The position numbers and the translations under genes are program-made. From the human T2T-CHM13v2.0 reference genome, Homo sapiens, in NCBI RefSeq assembly GCF_009914755.1, contig NC_060929.1: 64,000 bases of DNA; one strand, given 5' to 3'. Positions 21,117-33,374 of this stretch are shown one piece after another (the stretch's first letter is position 1; each line of letters begins with the position of its first letter). Under the pieces are notes generated by a model that saw only the letters and a list, made by a program, of their open reading frames with translations, was not told the DNA's origin and did not search any database.

Positions 21117-22427
21117 AACAGCAGATTTCTTAACAGAAATCTTACAGGCCAAGAGAGAAAGGGATACTATGTTCAAAGTGCTGGAAGGGAAAAAAAGCCA
21201 ACTAAGACATGATGGCCAGCAAAGATATTCTTCGGAAATAAAGAAGAAAAAGATATTTTTTAGATAAGCAAAACTGAGGGAATTTATCACCACTAGATCA
21301 GTCTTACAAGAAATGCTCAAGGGAGTCCTATGTCTGGAAGGGAAAGGATGATAACTACCATATGAAAACACCTGAAGGTAGAAAACTCACTGGAAGAATA
21401 GATATGAAAATGAGAAAGAGAAAGGAATCAAATTTTATCACTATAGTAATCCATCAAACGGCAAAGGGAAATGATAAGAGAGGAAGAATCAAACTTGGAT
21501 ATACAAAATAATGAACAAAAAGTTAACAAAATGACAGGAATAAGTCCTCACTCATCAACAATACCCTTGAATGTAAATAGTTTAAATTCCCTAATTAAAA
21601 TATATAGATTGGCTGAATGAATGAATGAATGAATAAATGAAAAAAGATCCCATTATATGGTGCCCAGAAGAAACTCACTTCACTTGTAAAGACACACAAA
21701 GACTGAAATTGAGGGATGATGAATGGTATTCCACACAAAAGGAAAAAAAAACAAGCAAGAATAGCTATACTTATATTAGATAAGATAGATTTTAAGTCAA
21801 AAACTGTAAAAAGGGACAAAGAAGATTATTATTTAATGATAAAGGGGTCAATTCAACAAGAGGATATAGCAATTGTAAATATATATGAACCCAATACAAA
21901 AGCACCAAAATTCATAAAGCAAATATTACTAGATCTAAAGGGAAAGGTAGATCCCAATACATTAATTAATGTAATGTCTAGCTGAACTGTCTAGCTGTTG
22001 AAGCTGGGGGCTTCAACACCCCACACTCACCATTGGACAGATCATCTAGACAGAAAATCAACAAAGTAACATTGGATTTATTGTACCCTATACACCAAAT
22101 GAACCTAGCAGATATTTACATAACATTTTATCCACAAGCTGCAGAATACACATTCTTCTCATCAGCACATGGAATATTCTGCAGGATACATTTTATGTTA
22201 GGCCACAAAACAACCTCAACAATTTTTTTTAAAATAAAAACTATATCAAATATATTTTCAGGGCACAATAGAATAAAACAAGAAATCAATAACAAGAACA
22301 CTGGAAATTGTACAAATACATGGAAATTAAACGACATTCTTCTGAACAACCATTGGCTTAATGCAGAAATTAAAAACAAAGTTAAAGAACTCCTTAAAAC
22401 AAATGAAAATATAAATACAACATACCA

Positions 22428-22793
<366 letters not shown>

Positions 22794-23146
22794 CTACATC
22801 ATAAAAAGTATAAATATTTCAAGTAGAAAAAACTCCAAACAATTAGCCTCAAGAAACTAGAAGGGCAAGAAGAAACAAAGCCCAAATTTTGTAGAAGGAA
22901 ATAAATAATAAATATCAGAGGAGAAATAAATGAAATAAAGACCAAAATTATAAGACAAAAGACCAACAAAATAAGAGTTTGTGTTTTGAAAAGATAAAAT
23001 TGACAAACCCTTAGCTGGAATAACTATGAAAAAAAGAGAGAAGATCCAAATAAAGAAAATCAGAAACCAAAAGGAGGCATTACAACTGATACCAGAGAAA
23101 TAGAGAAATACAAAGGATCATTGGAGACTATTAAGAACTATATGCC

Positions 23147-23533
23147 ACGGGGCACAATTGTTCATGCCTGTAATCTCAGCACTTTGGGAGGCCAAGGCAG
23201 GCAAATCACTTGAGGTCAGGAGCTCGAAACCAGCCTGGCCAACATGGTGGTGAAACCCTGTCTCTACAAAAAAACAACAATAACAACAAAAAAAACCCAT
23301 AAAAATTAGCTGGGCTTGGTGGCATGCACCTGTAGCCCCAACTACTCAGGAGGCTGAGGCTGAGAATCATTGAACCTGGGAGGCAGAGGCTGCAGTGAGC
23401 CGAGATTGAGATGCAGCCTGGGAAACACAGCAAGAAGAAAGAGGTGGAAGGGAGGGAGGGAGGAAGGAAGGGAGGAAGGAAGGAAGGAAGGAAGGAAGGA
23501 AGGAAGGAAGGAAGGAAGGAAGGAGAGAAAGAA
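23147..23533 (+). mobile_element. Old Alu whose tail has become a (GGAA)n microsatellite
   Basis: Alu body 23147-23435; (GGAA)12 at 23474-23521; TSD aagaacta(gta)tatgcca. Confidence 0.9.
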
Positions 23534-25461
23534 AGAACTAGTATATGCCAACAAGTTGGAAAATGTAAAAGAAGTAGATAAACTCATAAACACATGGAAC
23601 ATACTAAAATAGAGTCAGGAAAAACTAGAAAACCTAATCAGACTAATAATGAGTAACAAGAGTGAATCAGCAGTAGGAAGTATCCCAACAAACAAAAGCC
23701 CAAAACAAGATGACTTCACTGCTGGATTCTATTAAACTTTTAAAGAACTAACACCTTCTCTTCTTAAAGTATTACAAAAAGTTGAAGGGGTGGGAATTCT
23801 TCCAAACTCATTCCATGAGGACAGTATTATCCTGATGCCAAAATCAGAAAAGAATACAACAAAAAGGAGAATGCTACAGGCCAATATTCATTATGAACAT
23901 AGATGCAAAAATTCTCAACAAAATACTAGCAATCCAAATCCAATAGCATATCAAAAAGAATATACACCATGATTAAGTGGGATTGATTCTAGGGATGCAA
24001 GGATGGTTCAACATATGGAAATCAATAAATTTGATATATCACATCAACAGAATGAAGACCAAAAAGTATATGATCATCTCAATAGACATTAAAAAATATT
24101 TGATGAAATTCAACATCCTGCATGATATAAACTCTCAACAGTTTAGATGTAGAAGAAATGTACCTCAACACAATCAAGGTCACATATGACAAACTCACAG
24201 CTAACATCATACAGAATGGGGAAAAGTTGAAAGCTTTTCAATAAGAACTGGAACAAGACAAGGATGCCCACTTTTACTACTCTTATTCAACAAAGTACTG
24301 GAAGTCCTAGCCGGAGCAATCAGGCAAGAGCAAAAAATAAATGGCATCTAAATTGGAAAGGAGAAAGTCTAATTGTCCCTGTTTGCAGACAACATGATCT
24401 TTATATAAAAAAACTAAAGATTCCATCAAAAAAACCTCTTAGAACTGATAAACAAATTCAGTAATGTTGCAGGATACAAAATCAACATATAAATTCAGTA
24501 GTGTTTCTACACACCAATAACAAACTAGTTGAAAAAGAATCAAGAAAGCAGTATCATTTACAATAGCTACAACAAAATAAAATACCAAGGAATAAGTTTA
24601 ACCAAGGAGGTGAAGATCTATACAATAAAAACTACAAAACATTGATGAAAAGAACTGAAGGGAACACAAACAAATGAAAAGATACCCCATGTTCCTGATG
24701 TAAGAGAATTAAGATTGGTAAAATGACCACACTACCCAAAGTGATCTACAGAGTCAATGCAATCCTTATCAAAATACCAATGACATTCTTTAAAGAAATA
24801 AAAACCAAAATCCTAAAATTCATATGGAGCCACAAAAGACTCCAAACAGCCAAAACATTACTGAATAAAAGAACAAAGCTGGAAGTATCACACTATGGAG
24901 CTTCAAAATACACTACAAAAGCATGCTAGCCAAGACAGCGTGGTACTAGCATAAAAGCAGACACACAGAAGAATGAGACAGAATACAAAACCCAGATATA
25001 AATCCACATATTTACAGTCAGCTCACTTTTGAGAAAGGTGCCAAGAATATATATTAGAGAAAAGAGTCTCTTCAAAAAATAGTGCTGCATTTGCTAGTAT
25101 CAATATGCAGAAGAATGAACTAACCCCTATCTCTCACCATATATAAAAATAAACTCTTGATGAATTAAAGGCTAAAATGTAAAACCTGAAACTATAAAGC
25201 TACTAGAAGAAAACATAGGAAAAATGCTTCAGGACATTGGACTGGGCAATAATTTTTTTTTATGTGATTTCAAAACCACAGACAATAAAAGCAGAAACAG
25301 ACAAGTGTGATTATATCAAACTGAAAAGCTTTTGCACAACAAAGGAAATAATTAACAGAGTGAAGAGGTAACTTACAGAATGGGAGAAAATATTTGCAAA
25401 CTATACATCTGACTAGGTATTCATATCCAGGATATAAGGAACTCAAACAACTCAAGAGTGA

Positions 25462-25800
<339 letters not shown>

Positions 25801-27190
25801 AGGATGATAGACCTTATATACATTTCTTAAAAGAAAACATACAAATGAACAACAGATATATAAAAATCTGTTCAGTATCACTAGTCATCAGGGAAATGCA
25901 AATCAAAACTACAATGAGATAAAACATTACTCAAGTTAAAATTGCTATTATCAAAAAGACAAAAGATAACAATTGTTGATGTGGAGAAGAGGAACACTTA
26001 CACACCATTGGTGGGATTTTCAATTAGTGTGTTCATTATGGAAAACACTATGGAGATTTCTCAAAACATTAAAAACAAAACTACCATAGATCCAGCAATC
26101 AAAGTACTGAGTATACCCAAAAGAAAGAAAATCAACATGTTGAAGAAATCTGCACTCCTATGTTTATTTCAGCACTATTCACAATAGCTAAGATATGGAA
26201 TCAACCTAAGTGTTTATTAACAAATTAATGAAAAGCAAATATGATGTATATACAAAATAGAATATTATTCAGTAATAAAAAGAGTGAAATCCTATTATTT
26301 GCAACAACATGGATGAACTTAGAAGACACTACGTTAAGTTACATTAAACCATACATGATCTCACCCATAAGTGGAATCCAATAAATGGATCTCATAGAGG
26401 TACAGAATCTAGAAGACATTAAGTAAATTAAGCCAGACACAGAAATACAAATATCACATGATCTCACCCACATATGGAATCCAAAAAGTTTATCTCATAG
26501 AAGTAGAGAAGTAGGGGTTACCAGAGACTGGTGGAGCTGGGGATAGGGTAGAGGGAGGAATGGAGAAAGACTGGCCAATGCATACAAAGTTACAATTAGA
26601 TAGGAAGAAAATGTTCTGGTGTCCTGTTGCATAGCAAAGTGACTATAGTTAACAAGAATGTATAGTATATTTCAGAATAGCTAGAAGAGAGGATTTTGAA
26701 TGTTCTCACCACAAAGACACGACAAGTGTTTGAGGTGATGGAAATGATCATTACACAATGTATACATGTATCACGACATCACATTGTACCACATAAATAT
26801 GTACAGTTATTATGAGGCAATTAAAATTCTTTTAAAAAGCTGATCTCATAGAAGTAGAAAGTGGAATAGTGGTTACTAGAGGCTGGTAAGGGTAGAGGGA
26901 TTGCAGGGGATGAGGAGAGGTTGATCAGGTACAAAATTATATTTAAATAGCAGCAATAAGTTCCAGTCTTCTATTGCACAGTAGGGTAACTATAATTACC
27001 AATAACATATTACATATCTCAAAATAGCTAGAAAAGAGGATTTTGAATGTTCTCACCTTAAATGATCAATGTTTTAGGTGATACCTTAATTTGATCATTA
27101 CATATTGTACACATATATCAAAGCACCATTTTGTACCCTGTAAATATGAACAATTATTACATCAATACAAAGTAAAATAAAACTTAAAAA

Positions 27191-29282
27191 ACTGAACACA
27201 AATAAAGGAAATATATTCCATGTTCAGGGATTGGAAGGATTAGCATTGTTAAAATGTTTATACTACCCAAAGCTATTTACAGATTCAATACAGTCTCTCT
27301 CAAGATTCTAACGTCACTTTTCACAGATAAAGAAAAAAGGAATCCTTAAATTCATATGGAATCACAAAAGATCTCAAATAGCCAAAGCAATCTTGAGCAA
27401 AAATAACAAAGTTAGAGTCACAATACTCTGATTTCAAAATATAAAGTGATTATAATTAAAACGTCCTGGGGCTGGCACAAAAGCGGACACATCACTCAAT
27501 GGAACAGGATGGAAAGTTTGGAAGTACGCCCATGTGTTTATGAACAATTGATTTTTGAAAAAGGTGCCAAGAACACAGGATGAAGAAAGGACAGTCTCTT
27601 CAATAAATGATATTGAAACAAGTGGATATCCACATGCACATGTGTGAAATTGAACCCTTATCTCACACCATGTACAAAAACGAACTCAGATTAAAAAGTT
27701 AAACATAAGACCTGCAACTATAAAACTGCTAGAAGAAAATATATGGGCAAAGCTCCATGACATTGATCTTGGCAATAATTTTTTTGAATATGACATAAAA
27801 AGCACAGACAAAAAAGCAAAAATAGACAAATGGGATTACATCAAACTAAAAAGCTTCTGTACAGCAAAGAAAACAGTTAACAAGGTGAAGGACTACCCAC
27901 AGAGTGAGAGAAAATATTTGCAAACCAAACAGCTGATAGAGGGTTAATAACCAAAATATATAAGAAATTCAAACAGCTCAATAGAAAGAAAACAAATAAC
28001 CTGATCTTAAAAAAGGGGAAAGGACCTGAACAAACATTTCTCAAAATTACATTTAAGTGGACAACAGGGAGAGTGTAGGCTTGCGCTAACTCTCTTCTTT
28101 CACCTAGTTGCACTCCTGAGAGCAAGATGGGTCACCAGCAGCTGTACTGGAGCCACTCATGAAAATTCGGTCAGGGTTCTTGCTCTTGTCGAGTCTGATC
28201 CGGAAATATGGCCTCAATATGTGCTGGCAGTGTTTCCATCAGCACGCAAAGGACATATGTTTCATTAAGTTGAACTAAGTGCTCTTCCTTGAATGGATTA
28301 TCCAAGGCATCTACGCAATGAAAAACCATGATAGCTCTTTGTACATAAAATAAACATTAATAAATAAATAAATAAATAAATAAATAAATGGACAACAGGT
28401 ACATGAAGAAATGCTCAGCATCTCTAATCATTGTGGAAACGCAAATTAAACCACAATGAGATATCACCTTACACCTCTTTGAATGGCTATTATCAAAAAG
28501 ATTAAAGATAAGTGTTGGCAAGGATGCTGAGAAAAGGAACTCATACATTATTGGTGGGAATGTAAATTAGTATGGCAATTATGGAAAACTGTATGGAGTT
28601 TTCTTAAAAAACTAAGAATAGAACTACTCTATGATTCAGCAGTCCTACTTGTGGGAATATATGAAAATGGATTGTAATCAATATGTTGATGGAATAGCTG
28701 TATTACTCACAATTGCTAAATTCAGTCTAAGTGTCCATCATTCAGATGAATGGATAAAGAAAATGTGATCTATAAATACAATGGAATACAATATTTAGCC
28801 TTTAAAAAAAGGATGGACATTTTGTCGTTTGCAACTCCGAGGATAAACCTGAAGGACATTATGCTAAGTGAAATAAGCCAAGCACAGAAAGATGAATCTC
28901 TTGTGATCTGATATATGTCAAAGCTAAAAAAGTTGAACTCATAACAATAGAGAGTAGAATGTTACCAGAGGCTGGGGCAGAGGGCAAGAGAGAATGGGGA
29001 GTTGTTGGTCAAAGGGTGCAAAGATTGAGATAGACAAGAGGAATATGTTTTGAAGTCTACTGAAGAACAGGGTGACTGTAGTTAACAATAATATATTGTA
29101 TATTTCAGAATAACAGAAAGAATAAAATTTAAATGTCTCATCATAAAAATGATAAGTAAGGGAGATGATGGATGTCTTAATTAGCTTGATTTAATCATTC
29201 CACATTGTAGGCATGTATCAAAGAGTCACACCGTACCCATTAATATGTATGTGATTTGTCAATTTAAATAATAGTAATAAAA
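27191..29282 (+). mobile_element. 3' part of old L1 (ORF2 C-terminus and 3' UTR), interrupted by the RPS29 retrocopy
   Basis: Picks up ORF2 near where it stopped at ~19010; 3' UTR and A-rich end. Confidence 0.85.
28069..28385 (+). pseudogene. RPS29: RPS29 processed pseudogene (ribosomal protein S29)
   Basis: ATG 28127 [22 protein letters not shown]...[26 protein letters not shown] (stop 28276-28278); internal deletion at GTCTG microhomology; AATAAA 28349; (TAAA)n tail; TSD aa(g/a)tggacaacagg at 28055-28068 and 28386-28399. Confidence 0.96.
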
Positions 29283-29882
29283 GGAGGGAAGAGATAGTTT
29301 TTCAGACAAGATGCAAATATTTTAAGACATCAGTTCTCTCTGAATTGATCTATAGATTCAATACAATTCCATTCAAAATCTCAGCAGAATTTTCTTAGAA
29401 CTTGACAAGTCAATACAAAAATTTATGTCGCAGAGCAAAGTTGCCAAGGCACAACTGAATAAGAAGTGAGGAAACTTAGTCTAGTTTATACCAAGACATA
29501 TCCCGGAACTGTGGTGATTAAGCCACTCAAAATTATTGGCACAAAAGTGGACAAGTAGACAAATGACACAGAGCAGAGAGCCCAGAAACAAATCCAAACC
29601 TAAACAGAAAGCTTATTGGGTCAGAGGTGATGCTGCACGTATCAGTGTGTAAAGGAATGTCCATTCAATAAATGTTGGCACAGTCGTTATCTGTTGAGAA
29701 GAAAATTAAATAGAACCACTACCTCATTTTATAACAAAAGTACAATCAAAGTATTAAGCCTATAGGAGAATTTATAGAAACCTATTTCTTCCATTGTGGG
29801 GAACAAGGTGACTCCTTAAAGAAGAATTGAATTGTGTCTTTTGTTCACCAATAACTAAAATGTCTGTGGGATTGTTTTTCAG

Positions 29883-29996
29883 ATACCTTTTTCGAGCCTA
29901 TATCGTGGCACCTGGCTACCAAAGTACTGGGAATACTCTGCTGTGGCCTATTTTTTGGCATTGTTGGACTGAAGATTTTCTTCTCCAAATTCCAGT
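29883..29996 (+). CDS. BTNL8: BTNL8 transmembrane exon (114 nt, phase 1-1)
   Basis: ttttcag|ATACC...TTCCAGT|gtaagc; encodes [38 protein letters not shown]. Confidence 0.95.
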
Positions 29997-30126
29997 GTAA
30001 GCGAGAGAGAGAAGCATGGGCCGGTGCCTTATTCATGGTTCCAGCAGGGACAGGATCAGAGATGCTCCCACATCCAGCTGCTTCTCTTCTTCTAGTCCTA
30101 GCCTCCAGGGGCCCAGGCCCAAAAAA
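29997..30126 (+). CDS. BTNL8: Alternative 130-nt extension of the TM exon (short, B30.2-less BTNL8 isoform)
   Basis: Open frame [18 protein letters not shown]...RGPGPK, then AA|gtaatc donor; shifts the downstream exons to ...[17 protein letters not shown] (TGA ending 32326), matching my recollection of the short isoform. Confidence 0.8.
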
Positions 30127-30725
30127 GTAATCATCCTTCTCTAGGGTATTCTAACATCTCTTCCTCTGGAAATATCAACTACGACAGCCCCTTGCTACTT
30201 CATTTAGGTCAAATAATAAGGGGATGAATGATTTTCAGTACCTATAGAGAGAGCTTGGATAATTTTCCATGAACACCACCAAGACTCCTATTAAAAAGTT
30301 TTAATGTGGTGAACAAATTCATAAAGGAGGAAGCAAAAGTGACTGACAATAAGATAAAATTATATTCAGTCTCAATAAGACTTTTCACCCCCAAAACCAA
30401 TTTCCTCCTCCTTGGGAGTGACACTTCCCCTTGGGGGTGAGGCCACCCCCGCCTCCCCTCCCAGCTGCCTTCTCCCATCTCCATCCCCACCTCCACAGCA
30501 TCCCAGCTGTTGTCCCTCTCCTTAGCATGCACCTTCCTGATCTCTTGCTCCACCCCAGAGAGCCACACTCCGTGCAGGAGCTGGGGAGACGAGCACATAT
30601 AAGTGTCCTAGGAGAGGCCCTGCCCTTCACACCTGCAGCTCGTCCCACCTGTGCAAGGAGCCAGCGTCGTGTTTGTGCCTTGTACACTCCTGTGTCCACC
30701 ACTGAATATACTGTTTCTGTTTCAG

Positions 30726-30746
30726 GGAAAATCCAGGCGGAACTGG
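30726..30746 (+). CDS. BTNL8: BTNL8 21-nt heptad micro-exon (WKIQAEL)
   Basis: tgtttcag|GGAAAATCCAGGCGGAACTGG|gtaagt. Confidence 0.93.
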
Positions 30747-31290
30747 GTAAGTATGTGTCATGTCCTGAGCCTCCCACACATGGTTCTCCCGGGTCCCTCC
30801 CTGATCCACAGTTTGAGCCTCTGGACGACCCTGGCTGCAGGCTGGACAGGAAGCACCGGCAGGTGGAGGAGAGCAGCTGCTCGCTCTCTCCATCCACTGC
30901 TCATGAGTTACCCCTCGGACATCTGGAGGGCTTAGGATAGGCCCCGGGGCCTGGAAGTCCCCACAAATTGTCTGTGCCTGTTGCCCGTTGGTTTGCTGTG
31001 TGTGTGGTGGGGGAAGGTGTTGATCATGAGCTCTGAGGGTGTCTGGGCCACAGTGAGGAACCTGAGAAAAATTTGTGGGTGATCCTCGACCTCCCCTGGC
31101 CTGATGCTTTGAGACTTTATCCAGTTCTGTATCAACCACTAAATAGTCTGCTTTTTGTTTTGTGGGAACTCCAGGATAAACTGGGTGAGAGTGTTACCAC
31201 TCGCAGGGATTCCCTCCCACGCCCTCCCTGGGCCCCCGCTCTGTGACGTCAGCCTCTTACATGTTTTTTGTTTTTGTTTTTGTTTTTCAG

Positions 31291-31317
31291 ACTGGAGAAG
31301 AAAGCACGGACAGGCAG
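31291..31317 (+). CDS. BTNL8: BTNL8 27-nt micro-exon (DWRRKHGQA)
   Basis: (t/g)-rich tract cag|ACTGG...GGCAG|gtaaaa. Confidence 0.93.
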
Positions 31318-31609
31318 GTAAAAGAAAATATTCCTCTTCACACATTTATGACTCCTTTCCAAGTCTCTCGTTTATGGATTTTTATATCCTGAGGCCCGTG
31401 GGTCCCTGCAGAGCCAAGCTTGTGATGGGAACTCTGAAATTGCAGATTCTGGGGGAGGTGCATTTTGTAGAGAAGCCCCATAGCCTTCTTCGGATCTCTG
31501 GAGGGTCCACAACACTCAAAAAGGGTCCCAATCCTTGGTCTTTCCCTTCTCCCTGCGCCCTGTTTCCCACGTGAGCACTGAACTGCCTGCTCTGTCTGCT
31601 TGCTTTCAG

Positions 31610-31636
31610 AATTGAGAGACGCCCGGAAACACGCAG
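31610..31636 (+). CDS. BTNL8: BTNL8 27-nt micro-exon (ELRDARKHA)
   Basis: tgctttcag|AATTG...ACGCAG|gtacca. Confidence 0.93.
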
Positions 31637-32274
31637 GTACCAACGCCTGAGAGGGTGACAGTGGGACAGAATCTCAGGTGGACATGAGAGGGGGAACTGA
31701 ACAGGGACAGATACGGGAACACAGAGTGATGCTGAGACCCATCCTGCCTGCAGATGGAGAAACTGGATGCTTGATCGCCCCCAAGGGTTCAGTGCCCCCA
31801 GACACACTTCTTTCCCTTGGTCTAGAAGGGGAGAAGACAGGGGCTGGGTAAACGGGAGACGGGGGGGTCTTTGGCACAGTTTCAGGGAATTGAGGGCACT
31901 AGTGACTGGTCAGGGGTCTGAGCTGAGGGGAAGGAAGTAAAGTCAGGCAGAAAATTCTGAGTGGGAGGAAGTTAGATAGTGGGGTCCCTCCAGCTCTTAT
32001 GAATCAAATAGTTTTATGTATGAAGGGACAGTGGCAGGGTTGGGTGATATGCCGAGATTGGGACGTCATATTGAGACATATCTAGACATTGATGAGTCCT
32101 CCAGGCTGCACTGGTGATGAGAGGACCTGAAAGGCAGTGTCTGCGGGAGGCTCAGGTCCGGGGCCTCACCTATGCCACCCAGAGCCAGTCTGCAGTGGGA
32201 GGGTCGACCTCTTGCTCCAGCCCAGATTTCGTCTTCAGTAACTCATGCTTCCTCTCTCCCCCACCGCACCCCAG

Positions 32275-32915
32275 TGGAGGTGACTCTGGATCCAGAGACG
32301 GCTCACCCGAAGCTCTGCGTTTCTGATCTGAAAACTGTAACCCATAGAAAAGCTCCCCAGGAGGTGCCTCACTCTGAGAAGAGATTTACAAGGAAGAGTG
32401 TGGTGGCTTCTCAGAGTTTCCAAGCAGGGAAACATTACTGGGAGGTGGACGGAGGACACAATAAAAGGTGGCGCGTGGGAGTGTGCCGGGATGATGTGGA
32501 CAGGAGGAAGGAGTACGTGACTTTGTCTCCCGATCATGGGTACTGGGTCCTCAGACTGAATGGAGAACATTTGTATTTCACATTAAATCCCCGTTTTATC
32601 AGCGTCTTCCCCAGGACCCCACCTACAAAAATAGGGGTCTTCCTGGACTATGAGTGTGGGACCATCTCCTTCTTCAACATAAATGACCAGTCCCTTATTT
32701 ATACCCTGACATGTCGGTTTGAAGGCTTATTGAGGCCCTACATTGAGTATCCGTCCTATAATGAGCAAAATGGAACTCCCATAGTCATCTGCCCAGTCAC
32801 CCAGGAATCAGAGAAAGAGGCCTCTTGGCAAAGGGCCTCTGCAATCCCAGAGACAAGCAACAGTGAGTCCTCCTCACAGGCAACCACGCCCTTCCTCCCC
32901 AGGGGTGAAATGTAG
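32275..32915 (+). CDS. BTNL8: BTNL8 last coding exon: B30.2 (PRY-SPRY) domain plus C-terminal tail
   Basis: [50 protein letters not shown]; ends [11 protein letters not shown], recalled as the BTNL8 (not BTNL3) C-terminus. Confidence 0.96.
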
Positions 32916-33280
32916 GATGAATCACATCCCACATTCTTCTTTAGGGATATTAAGGTCTCTCTCCCAGATCCAAAGTCCCGCAGCAGCCGGCCAAGGTGGC
33001 TTCCAGATGAAGGGGGACTGGCCTGTCCACATGGGAGTCAGGTGTCATGGCTGCCCTGAGCTGGGAGGGAAGAAGGCTGACATTACATTTAGTTTGCTCT
33101 CACTCCATCTGGCTAAGTGATCTTGAAATACCACCTCTCAGGTGAAGAACCGTCAGGAATTCCCATCTCACAGGCTGTGGTGTAGATTAAGTAGACAAGG
33201 AATGTGAATAATGCTTAGATCTTATTGATGACAGAGTGTATCCTAATGGTTTGTTCATTATATTACACTTTCAGTAAGGT
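32916..33280 (+). other. BTNL8: BTNL8 3' UTR (end uncertain)
   Basis: Unique sequence after the stop and before L1 at ~33375; no canonical AATAAA. Confidence 0.55.
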
Positions 33281-33374
33281 CTTTGCTTGTTTATTTCACA
33301 TGAATTTATTGTTCCCTACTTCAAATCACCCATGAAACAGGCACCTGCTCTGTGCCAGAGCCAGAGGGAAGGTG

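Noticed and set aside
30242-31877. Intronic ORFs of 100-170 aa
   Set aside because: They overlap BTNL8 introns on both strands; the real coding parts are the micro-exons.
32172-32274. ATG-initiated N-terminal extension of the B30.2 ORF
   Set aside because: Intron with a clear pyrimidine tract and AG at 32273-32274; no support for a stand-alone protein.
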